From: an uncultured bacterium
GTDB taxonomy: Bacteria; Omnitrophota; Omnitrophia; Omnitrophales; Aquincolibacteriaceae
Reading direction: 5' to 3'
DNA length: 64,000 nucleotides
Assembly (NCBI GenBank): GCA_964482725.1
Contig: CAYZYT010000001.1
Span: forward strand, 4,632 to 68,631
How positions within the stretch are numbered: position 1 is the first letter of the stretch; the number at the start of each line of letters is the position of its first letter. Below are positions 57,197 through 64,000 of this stretch, piece after piece. A program made the position numbers and the translations under genes. Under the pieces are notes generated by a model that was given only the letters and a program-made list of their open reading frames with translations, did not search any database and was not told the DNA's origin.

Positions 57197-58327
57197 TTAA
57201 AATAGCTCTCCCTGCGCCGAAACAGGAAGCTCGCCTTTGGCGCCGAGCCCGCTGATGCCGACCCCCAGCAAACGGATGGGCTTTCGGCCAGCCAGTGTTT
57301 TCTTCTTTAAAAGATCACAGGCGATCTCGTGAAGGGTCTGCCAATCCGGAGGCGGCGCGGGAAGCGTCCTGGAACGCGTGATCTGTTCAAAATCGTGGTA
57401 TTTCACCTTGAGCACCACAGTCCTCCCGAAGCGCCCTTCCTGCTTTAGATCATAAAAAACATGCTCCGCGAGCCCGGCCAGTTTCCGTTTCAGCCACGGC
57501 AGGTCCGTGACGTCCTTGGCGAACGTTTCCTCAGAACTCAACTGTGTCCGTTCCCAGTGGGGGTTGACTTCCCGGTCATCCTCGCCTCTCGCTTTATGAA
57601 AAAGTTCAAGCCCCCACTTCCCCAATTTCGCACAAAGGTCCTGCGGCTTCACCCCCCAAATATCCCCGCACGTGTTAAGCGTCATCCCGTGAAGGATCTC
57701 TTCGGTGCGCGGGCCGACACCCGGGATCTTCCGGACCGGGAGGTCTTTTAAGAATGCCAGGACTTTATCGGGAAAGACCACTGTCAGGCCATCCGGTTTT
57801 TGCATATCCGAAGCGATCTTCGCAAGGAACATATTGGGCGCCACACCGGCGGAGGCTGTGAGTTTCGTCACGGCAAAGATGTGCTGTTTGATCAGACCCG
57901 CGAGCTTTACGGGATCTTCCAGCTTGAGTTTGTTCTCGGTCACATCGAGATACGCTTCATCGAGCGAGACTTGTTCCACAAGAGGTGTGTAGGTATGAAA
58001 AATCGCCATGATGGATCGGGAAGCGGTGCTGTATTTTTCAAAATCGGGGTAGAGGAAAACACCGTGCGGACAAAGACGTTTGGCCTGAGCGGTCGGCATA
58101 CCGGAATGAATGCCAAACTTCCGGGCTTCATAAGAACACGTGCTCACAACACTGCGGCTATTGGGATTCCCGCCTACGATCACGGGCTTGCCTTTGAGAT
58201 CGGGGTTGTCGCGCTGCTCCACGGCCGCAAAGAATGCGTCCATGTCGAGGTGGATGAATTTCTTAAAACCGGAGAACGGAGAGTGGAGGGCGGATGGCGA
58301 CAAGCCGGCTTTTATGCTCTCCTCCAT
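57197..58327 (-). CDS. dinB: DNA polymerase IV (DinB, Y-family).
   Basis: IHLDMDAFFAAVEQRDNPDLKGKPVIVGG ... SLDEAYLDVT canonical DinB motifs. 21-aa N-terminal extension relative to typical DinB, so the true start may lie downstream. Confidence 0.9.
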   Translation of the reverse strand: MEESIKAGLSPSALHSPFSGFKKFIHLDMDAFFAAVEQRDNPDLKGKPVIVGGNPNSRSVVSTCSYEARKFGIHSGMPTAQAKRLCPHGVFLYPDFEKYSTASRSIMAIFHTYTPLVEQVSLDEAYLDVTENKLKLEDPVKLAGLIKQHIFAVTKLTASAGVAPNMFLAKIASDMQKPDGLTVVFPDKVLAFLKDLPVRKIPGVGPRTEEILHGMTLNTCGDIWGVKPQDLCAKLGKWGLELFHKARGEDDREVNPHWERTQLSSEETFAKDVTDLPWLKRKLAGLAEHVFYDLKQEGRFGRTVVLKVKYHDFEQITRSRTLPAPPPDWQTLHEIACDLLKKKTLAGRKPIRLLGVGISGLGAKGELPVSAQGELF

Positions 58328-58356
58328 CCGCCATCCTCCATCCGCTTAGGTGGAAA

Positions 58357-60042
58357 TTAAGAAAGAGAAGAAAGAATAGAGTGTAATTCGACCAGTTTGG
58401 TTTCGCCCGTCCGGCGGTTCTTGAGCTCGACTTTACCTTCTTTCAGGCTGCGATCGCCGATCACGATCTGCGTGGGGATGCCGACGAGGTCAGCGTCATT
58501 GAATTTCACGCCGGCGCGTTCATCCCGGTCGTCAAAGAGAACATCCTTGCCGGCCTGGGTCAGTTCCTCATAGATCTTTTCGGCGGCAGCGCGGATCTTC
58601 TCATCAGAATGATTCACGGTGATGATCTCCACCGCGAACGGCGCGATGGCCTCAGGCCACTTGATGCCTTTGAGATCGTGATGCTGTTCGATCGTGGCTG
58701 CGAGAATGCGGTTCACGCCGATCCCGTAGCAACCCATGATCGCGGGCTTGCGCTCGCCTTTTTCATCCAGAAAATGAGCGCCGATGGATTCCGAGTAGCG
58801 TGTGCCGAGCTTGAAGATGTGACCGATCTCCATGCTGGTCGTCAGCGCAAGCTTGCTTTTGCCATCCGGCGCGAGGTCGCCGTCCTTCACAAAACGAATG
58901 TCCCCCGTGGCCGTGGGTGTAAAATCGCGACCCGGCACAACGTGTTTTCGATGCTTATCTTGCTCGTTCGCACCGGAAACGCCGTCGGCAATACCCAGCA
59001 CGTCCCAATCCGCGTAAAGGGGGATCTTGAGTCCGACCGGCCCCGCGAACCCGACCGGAGCGCCGGTCGCTTCTCGTATTTCATGAGCCTCTGCCTGGCG
59101 CAGCTCTTTCGCGCCGATGAGTTTGCGAAGTTTCCCTTCGTTCACTTCACTGTCTCCTGTCACCAGCGCGGCCACCGGCTTGCCATCCGCCATAAAGATC
59201 AGCGTCTTGATGATCTGGGGGGCGGGGATCTTGAACTTGTTGGAGATTTCCTCGATCGTCCTTAAATTGGGCGTGTCAAAAGTTTCTGGCTTTTCAGGGA
59301 TGACATTTACAATTTGAAATTTCGGGTCTGCCCGCTCCGCGATATCCTGGCTCGCGAGATAACCGTCCTCGGAACTCGCGACACGATCTTCTCCGTACGG
59401 ACAGATCACCATGAATTCCTGGCTCATCTTGCCGCCCATCATCCCGGTATCCGCATTCACAACCTGAAACTTCAAGCCACAGCGCGTGAAGATGCGCTGA
59501 TACGCCTCGTACATTTTCTGATAGTTCACGTCCAGACCCTTTTCATCGGTATCAAAGCTATAGGCATCCTTCATAATGAACTCCTTGGTGCGGATGACAC
59601 CAAAGCGTGGACGGGCCTCGTCGCGGAATTTGGTCTGGATCTGGAAAAGATTGAGCGGAAGATCGCGAAAGGACTTGATATTGGTCCCCACAAGATCCGT
59701 GATGATCTCTTCGTGCGTCGGCCCGAGAACAAACTCGTGTCCCGCGCGGTTCTTGAAAGCGATCTTGTCATCCCCGAGCGTTTCATAGCGTCCGGATTTT
59801 TTCCAGATCTCAGCCGGATGGAGCGCGGGCATCAACACTTCAGACGCTCCGGCACGATTCATCTCCTCGCGAATGATCCCGATGATCTTGAGGAGCACAC
59901 GGAAACCCAGCGGCAGATAGCTGTAAACGCCCGAAGAAAGCTGGCGAACAAGACCGGCCCGGAGCGCAAGCTGATGGCTGATGGCCTCGGCATCTTTAGG
60001 AATATTTCGAAGGCTGGGGATCAGGGTTTGAGTCCAACGCAT
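58357..60042 (-). CDS. proS: Prolyl-tRNA synthetase ProS (class II).
   Basis: Class II motifs (FRDE, GVIRTKEF, GCYGIGVNR). Start placed at MRWTQTLIPSLRN (ATG at 60042), not the ORF-track ATG at 60144. Confidence 0.9.
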   Translation of the reverse strand: MRWTQTLIPSLRNIPKDAEAISHQLALRAGLVRQLSSGVYSYLPLGFRVLLKIIGIIREEMNRAGASEVLMPALHPAEIWKKSGRYETLGDDKIAFKNRAGHEFVLGPTHEEIITDLVGTNIKSFRDLPLNLFQIQTKFRDEARPRFGVIRTKEFIMKDAYSFDTDEKGLDVNYQKMYEAYQRIFTRCGLKFQVVNADTGMMGGKMSQEFMVICPYGEDRVASSEDGYLASQDIAERADPKFQIVNVIPEKPETFDTPNLRTIEEISNKFKIPAPQIIKTLIFMADGKPVAALVTGDSEVNEGKLRKLIGAKELRQAEAHEIREATGAPVGFAGPVGLKIPLYADWDVLGIADGVSGANEQDKHRKHVVPGRDFTPTATGDIRFVKDGDLAPDGKSKLALTTSMEIGHIFKLGTRYSESIGAHFLDEKGERKPAIMGCYGIGVNRILAATIEQHHDLKGIKWPEAIAPFAVEIITVNHSDEKIRAAAEKIYEELTQAGKDVLFDDRDERAGVKFNDADLVGIPTQIVIGDRSLKEGKVELKNRRTGETKLVELHSILSSLS

Positions 60043-60082
60043 GGTGTCGTACCTCGTATGTTGTATGCCGTATGTCGCTGTC

Positions 60083-60140
60083 ATCCCCGAATGATTCTGT
60101 CGGGGATCCAGGCTCCTGGATTCCCGCCGCCGCGGGAATG
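60083..60140. promoter_or_regulatory. Three consecutive GC-rich palindromes in the proS 5' leader: atccccga-N9-tcggggat, tccagg-ct-cctgga, attcccgc-cgc-gcgggaat.
   Basis: Read directly. No U-tract. Function unknown (leader structure or REP-like). Confidence 0.3.
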
Positions 60141-60161
60141 ACAAAAAGTGTCGCGTTCGAG

Positions 60162-61280
60162 TTATTTCAGGTGAAAAAGATGTTTTAGTTTATCGAGGAT
60201 CGAAAGATTCACGAAATCATTATAAAGCACGAACACCATAAGTGCCATAAGCAGGAAGAAACCGCCCGTCGTGATCCGTTCCTGCCATATCGGGCTGATG
60301 CGCTTGCGCGTCACCAATTCGATCAGGAGAAATACCAGATGCCCCCCGTCGAGCGCGGGGAGCGGAAAAAGATTGATCACCGCGAGCGATACGCTCAGGA
60401 TCGCCAACAGTTGCAGAAGCGCCGCAATCCCTGCTTTGGCAGCCTGTCCGCTGATCTGGATGATCCCCAGAGGCCCCATCAGGTGCTTGGGCGATACCTG
60501 TCCCGTGATGAGATAAAAAAGAGCTTTATGGGTCAAGACCGTATGAAAAACTTCAAGGTCCCACGCCTTGGCAAGCGCCGGCCATGCGGCGTAGCGCTCT
60601 GAGACATACACCTTCGGGTCCGGCGTGATCCCCACGCGTTTCATCCGCACGGTCTTGCCAAAAAGATCTTTGGCTTCTTCAACTTTCGGTTTGATCTGGA
60701 CGATCAAAGGCTCCGGCAATGCGTCCGCACGGGGCCGCTCGACGTTCAGCTTGATCATAGTCCCCGGCGACCGATCGAACCCGTCAAGGATGTCCTTCCA
60801 GTTCGTGACGGCTTTATCGTCCACCTTCAGGATCTTGTCATTCACCTTGAGAAGACTGGCTTCTGCCGGATAGCCTTTCACAAAACCGCCGACCACAGTG
60901 CCCGGCATCGGCCGGCCGATCATGAATACGGCCCAAAAAATCAGGAATGCCAAGACATAATTCATCGCCACGCCGGACACAACAATGAAGATCCGTGAAA
61001 AAACGGACGCCGCCAGAAAATCCCCCGGCTTCGGCCCTTCCGGTCCAACCTTAGACGCTTCTTCCCCCGCAGGGCTCACAAACCCGCCCAGGGGAAAAAG
61101 AGAAATGGAGAAACGCGTCTCCCCGGACTGCCAATGGATCAGTTCCGGCCCAAACCCGATCGAAAATTTCTCGACACGCACCTTGGAAAAACGGCATGCA
61201 ATAAAGTGCCCGAACTCGTGCACAATAATGAGAACACCAAAAACGATCAGTGCCGGTAAAAGAGAGATCAGGGCATTCAT
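60162..61280 (-). CDS. rseP: RIP zinc metalloprotease RseP (site-2 protease) with PDZ domain.
   Basis: HEFGHF zinc motif in TM1, PDZ region, C-terminal LDGG motif. Confidence 0.9.
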   Translation of the reverse strand: MNALISLLPALIVFGVLIIVHEFGHFIACRFSKVRVEKFSIGFGPELIHWQSGETRFSISLFPLGGFVSPAGEEASKVGPEGPKPGDFLAASVFSRIFIVVSGVAMNYVLAFLIFWAVFMIGRPMPGTVVGGFVKGYPAEASLLKVNDKILKVDDKAVTNWKDILDGFDRSPGTMIKLNVERPRADALPEPLIVQIKPKVEEAKDLFGKTVRMKRVGITPDPKVYVSERYAAWPALAKAWDLEVFHTVLTHKALFYLITGQVSPKHLMGPLGIIQISGQAAKAGIAALLQLLAILSVSLAVINLFPLPALDGGHLVFLLIELVTRKRISPIWQERITTGGFFLLMALMVFVLYNDFVNLSILDKLKHLFHLK

Positions 61281-61401
61281 AGAAGCTCCTCAGCTGTTTC
61301 CCGGGCCGCCTTGCGAGAGCAAGCGCCCTGGTTATCATTATAAAATTCAATCCGGAAACCAGGACAGCACTGACCTTCAAACGTATAAATTAAATACATG
61401 G

Positions 61402-62622
61402 TCAGGCGAGCCTCGCCTTCTTGATTAAAGAACTGGCCTCCAGGCGGGCCCAGGCATCGGCCGCGAAGATATCGGCCAGGACCGGTTTGTAGACCAGCTT
61501 GTGCGAGCGCATGGTCCTTTCGATGATCTTCGTGATTCCAAGAAATCCGATACGGCGACCAAGAAACGCCTCGACGGCGACCTCGTTAGCCGCGTTCAAA
61601 ACAGCCGGCATCGTTCCGCCGATCTTACTGGCGGTGTAGCCAAGCTCCAGGCACGGGAAACGTTTACGATCCGGTTTCTCGAAATGGAGTGCCGTAAGAT
61701 GCGCTAGATCCAGATGAGGCAGCGGGTCCTCCAACCGTCCGGGATAGCTCAGCGCGTATTGGATCGGAAGCCGCATATCGGTCACGCCGAGATGCGCAAA
61801 ATGCGAGCCATCGATGAATTCCACGAGCGCGTGCACGATTGCCTCCGGATGAACCAGCACATCGATCTTTGCGGCCGGCACGCGGAAAAGATTCGCAGCC
61901 TCGATCACTTCCAGGCCTTTATTCATCATAGTCGCAGAATCGATCGTGATCTTGGGACCCATTTTCCATTTAGGATGATTGAGCGCCTGCGCCGGAGTGA
62001 TCTTCGCGAGCGATCCCTTCATATTCCGGAAAGGCCCACCGGAAGAAGTAATGATGAGCCTTTTGACAAACGCCGGATCCTGTTTTTCAAGGCACTGCCA
62101 AAGCGCGGAGTGTTCGCTATCGATCGGGAGGACCGCAACCTTGGCTTTCTCGGCTGCCTCCAGAAGAAGCTTCCCGGCCATCACGAGCGGTTCTTTATTC
62201 GCGATGGCTACGGTCTTTTTTGCATGCACCGCGGCAAAGATGGGCTTGAGGCCCACCGCCCCCACCATGGCGCAGATCACTTGCTGGACCCCGATAAGCG
62301 TCGCGACTTCCTCGAGGCCTTCGTCCCCCGTCACCACACGGATCCCGAGACGTTTGAACCTGGCAGCCGCCTTGTGCGCCGCCGGAGCGTCGTAGATGCA
62401 AACGACTTTAGGACGAAATTCCACAGCCTGTTCGTAAAGCTTCTCGATGTTCTTTTTCACAGCGAGGGCTTTGACCGAAAATCGATCGGGATGGATACGG
62501 ACCACGCGCAGCGTGTTCTCGCCCACCGAACCTGTGGAGCCGAGGATCGAAAGATGCTTCACCCCGTTAGATCTCCCGCATTTTTGACGCCCTTGAGAAA
62601 ACAATTTCGATTCTCCGTTCAC
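61402..62622 (-). CDS. dxr: 1-deoxy-D-xylulose 5-phosphate reductoisomerase Dxr.
   Basis: KHLSILGSTGSVGENTLRVV NADPH-binding N-terminus. Conserved Dxr blocks throughout. True start is probably an internal GTG (VKHLSIL). Confidence 0.9.
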   Translation of the reverse strand: MNGESKLFSQGRQKCGRSNGVKHLSILGSTGSVGENTLRVVRIHPDRFSVKALAVKKNIEKLYEQAVEFRPKVVCIYDAPAAHKAAARFKRLGIRVVTGDEGLEEVATLIGVQQVICAMVGAVGLKPIFAAVHAKKTVAIANKEPLVMAGKLLLEAAEKAKVAVLPIDSEHSALWQCLEKQDPAFVKRLIITSSGGPFRNMKGSLAKITPAQALNHPKWKMGPKITIDSATMMNKGLEVIEAANLFRVPAAKIDVLVHPEAIVHALVEFIDGSHFAHLGVTDMRLPIQYALSYPGRLEDPLPHLDLAHLTALHFEKPDRKRFPCLELGYTASKIGGTMPAVLNAANEVAVEAFLGRRIGFLGITKIIERTMRSHKLVYKPVLADIFAADAWARLEASSLIKKARLA

Positions 62623-62669
62623 GAATGGTTGCTCTGCTGATTGTCAGAGAGTTAGAGATCTAACGGGGT

Positions 62670-63467
62670 TCATAACCTTTCAAGACCCAGGACCATGGTC
62701 AGATAAAAATAAACAACGGGGATCGTGAAAAGAAGACTGTCCATCACATCCAACATGCCTCCGAGGCCTGGGACATTTCCGGAATCCTTAACGCCCGCAT
62801 CGCGTTTGATCAGGCTCTCGGCAAGATCGCCCAGAAGCGCCAGGGCTCCGACTGCCGCTCCAAGGATCAAGAGATGGGCCACAGGGACATGCAGATAAAA
62901 AACAGAACCGACCGAAAGGGCGATCGTCGCGATCATCTGGGCGATAGCCCCTTCTATGGATTTCTTGGGACTCACGTGCTCCAGAAGTTTTGTCTTCCCA
63001 AATTTCTTCCCGATGAAATAGGCTGCCATGTCCCCGCCCTTCACGATCAGGAGGGTATAGGCTACCCAGTCCGCACCGTCGGGGAGAAGTTTGATCTTGA
63101 TAAGATAAGAGAAAAACCACGCGACATAGATGATCCCGAAAACGCTCACCGAAACGCTTGTGATGGTCTTATCCGGGGACTTGCGATTGAACAGAAATAT
63201 GAAAAGCGCCACGATGACCATAAGAAGATTCGTGGGCTGCAGCGAAAAATAGGCGGAAAACGGCAAAAGCGCGCCAAACACAAGGCCGAATCCCCGGTGG
63301 ACAAGAAGCCCTTTTTGTTCTGCGAGAGAAAAGAATTCCCAGAGCCCCACCAGGATGAACGCCTCGACCATCAGAAAAAAGCACCAATGCGGCAAGAAAA
63401 AGATCACCGCGATACCCGCCAAAATAAAGACCGAGGAAGTCAGAAACCGTTTAACCAATTGATTCAT
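62670..63467 (-). CDS. cdsA: Phosphatidate cytidylyltransferase CdsA.
   Basis: Polytopic membrane protein with the C-terminal CdsA signature (GDLAESLIKRDAGVKDSG). Confidence 0.85.
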   Translation of the reverse strand: MNQLVKRFLTSSVFILAGIAVIFFLPHWCFFLMVEAFILVGLWEFFSLAEQKGLLVHRGFGLVFGALLPFSAYFSLQPTNLLMVIVALFIFLFNRKSPDKTITSVSVSVFGIIYVAWFFSYLIKIKLLPDGADWVAYTLLIVKGGDMAAYFIGKKFGKTKLLEHVSPKKSIEGAIAQMIATIALSVGSVFYLHVPVAHLLILGAAVGALALLGDLAESLIKRDAGVKDSGNVPGLGGMLDVMDSLLFTIPVVYFYLTMVLGLERL

Positions 63468-63510
63468 AAAATCTCCTCTTTCTAAGCATCGGGTCCGTTA
63501 ATGAATGCCC

Positions 63511-64000
63511 CTAAGAACACGCTCCGTTCGCAGCAGAAGTATCCCCGAAACGTCTTTCGCGCATCCGATAATCTCCGAGCGCCTTTTCAAATTCATCCCG
63601 GGTGAATTCCGGCCAGAACTTTTGTGTGATATAAAGCTCCGCATAAGAGATCTGCCACAAAAGAAAATTGCTGATCCGCATCTCTCCGCTCGTGCGGATC
63701 AAAAGCTCCGGGTCCGGCATGTTCGCGGTATAAAGATTTTTTGAGAAAGTCTCTTCGGTGATCTCGGAAGGCTTGATGTCCCCGGACACGGCCTTCTCTG
63801 CGATCTTCTGACACGCCCGCACGATCTCACGACGGCTGGAATAGCTCAAGGCGAATGTCACGACGAGGCCCGTGTTATGCTTGGACGCCTCCATGGCGTG
63901 CGTGAGTTTTTTTTGTAACGCCGGGGCAAGGTCCCCCATTTCGCCGATCACATTAAAAATGCAGTTGTTTTTGATCATCGCTTCGATCTTCTTATCAAGA
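63511..64000 (-). CDS. uppS: Undecaprenyl-diphosphate synthase UppS, 5' end beyond the window.
   Basis: RTSGEMRISNFLLWQISYAELYITQKFWPEF is the C-terminal UppS signature. The ORF-track fragment starts at an internal Met and the gene continues past 64000. Confidence 0.85.
   Translation of the reverse strand, partial: LDKKIEAMIKNNCIFNVIGEMGDLAPALQKKLTHAMEASKHNTGLVVTFALSYSSRREIVRACQKIAEKAVSGDIKPSEITEETFSKNLYTANMPDPELLIRTSGEMRISNFLLWQISYAELYITQKFWPEFTRDEFEKALGDYRMRERRFGDTSAANGACS

Noticed and set aside
60043-60144. ORF-track ProS start at 60144 (MSFPRRRESRSLDPRQNHSGM...).
   Set aside because: The Arg-rich extension is translated from the palindromic leader. Bacterial ProRS begins MRxSQ/TxLxT, matching the ATG at 60042.

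Overview
This is a 64-kb, gene-dense window from a bacterial chromosome with about 58% GC. Every confident CDS except one lies on the minus strand. The first ~2.1 kb is compositionally foreign (about 38-40% GC). The regions in window order are listed below.

1. **1-2100, AT-rich block.** A partial lipoprotein, a zinc-ribbon membrane protein and a divergently transcribed XRE-family helix-turn-helix regulator.
2. **2155-5945.** An MMPL/RND-superfamily exporter, a DUF167 protein, a small membrane protein and dTDP-4-dehydrorhamnose 3,5-epimerase (RfbC).
3. **6072-12657, signal-transduction cluster.** Two paralogous histidine kinases with multi-pass (7TM-type) N-terminal domains, two single-domain receiver proteins, and a non-CheR SAM-dependent methyltransferase embedded between them.
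4. **12779-14365.** An unusual fusion of an SRPBCC (START/polyketide-cyclase-like) domain to a full-length acyl-ACP reductase (AAR)-family dehydrogenase.
5. **14599-16032.** A secreted carbohydrate-binding-module (CBM)-like protein and a membrane protein with a HAMP signalling domain.
6. **16087-26966, RND efflux cassette.** Outer-membrane factor, membrane fusion protein and two tandem RND permeases, with an adjacent XRE-cupin regulator.
7. **26953-30775.** A GH144/glucoamylase-like hydrolase with a C-terminal CBM9-like domain, a four-helix-bundle (TIGR02436-type) gene flanked by inverted heptad-repeat arrays, a REC-REC response regulator, and a MazEF-type toxin-antitoxin pair.
8. **30953-40022, type IV pilus cluster.** Two pilins, PilC, PilB, the PilQ secretin, PilP, PilO and a PilM-PilN fusion.
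9. **40219-55009, glycosylation locus (about 13 kb).** A membrane coiled-coil protein, three GT2 glycosyltransferases, a Zn-ribbon SAM methyltransferase, two cobalamin-binding radical SAM enzymes, a GT-C PMT/ArnT-like transferase, a polyprenyl-phosphate glycosyltransferase, and an STT3/AglB/PglB-type oligosaccharyltransferase (EYDPF and WWDNG motifs). The oligosaccharyltransferase start overlaps leuD by 4 nt.
10. **55006-64000, housekeeping block.** leuC, leuD, dinB, proS, rseP, dxr, cdsA and partial uppS.

The non-coding space holds two dispersed repeat families. One is REP-like: inverted arrays of GAGACNN heptads sited on gene stop codons. The other is a pair of ~140-bp AT-rich TTCGAA-rich elements with terminal inverted repeats in the pilus cluster. 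No rRNA, tRNA or CRISPR array was detected.

The best candidates for an undescribed system are the oligosaccharyltransferase-headed, radical-SAM-rich glycosylation locus next to sequon-rich pilins, the SRPBCC-AAR fusion, and the methyltransferase-containing two-component operon.
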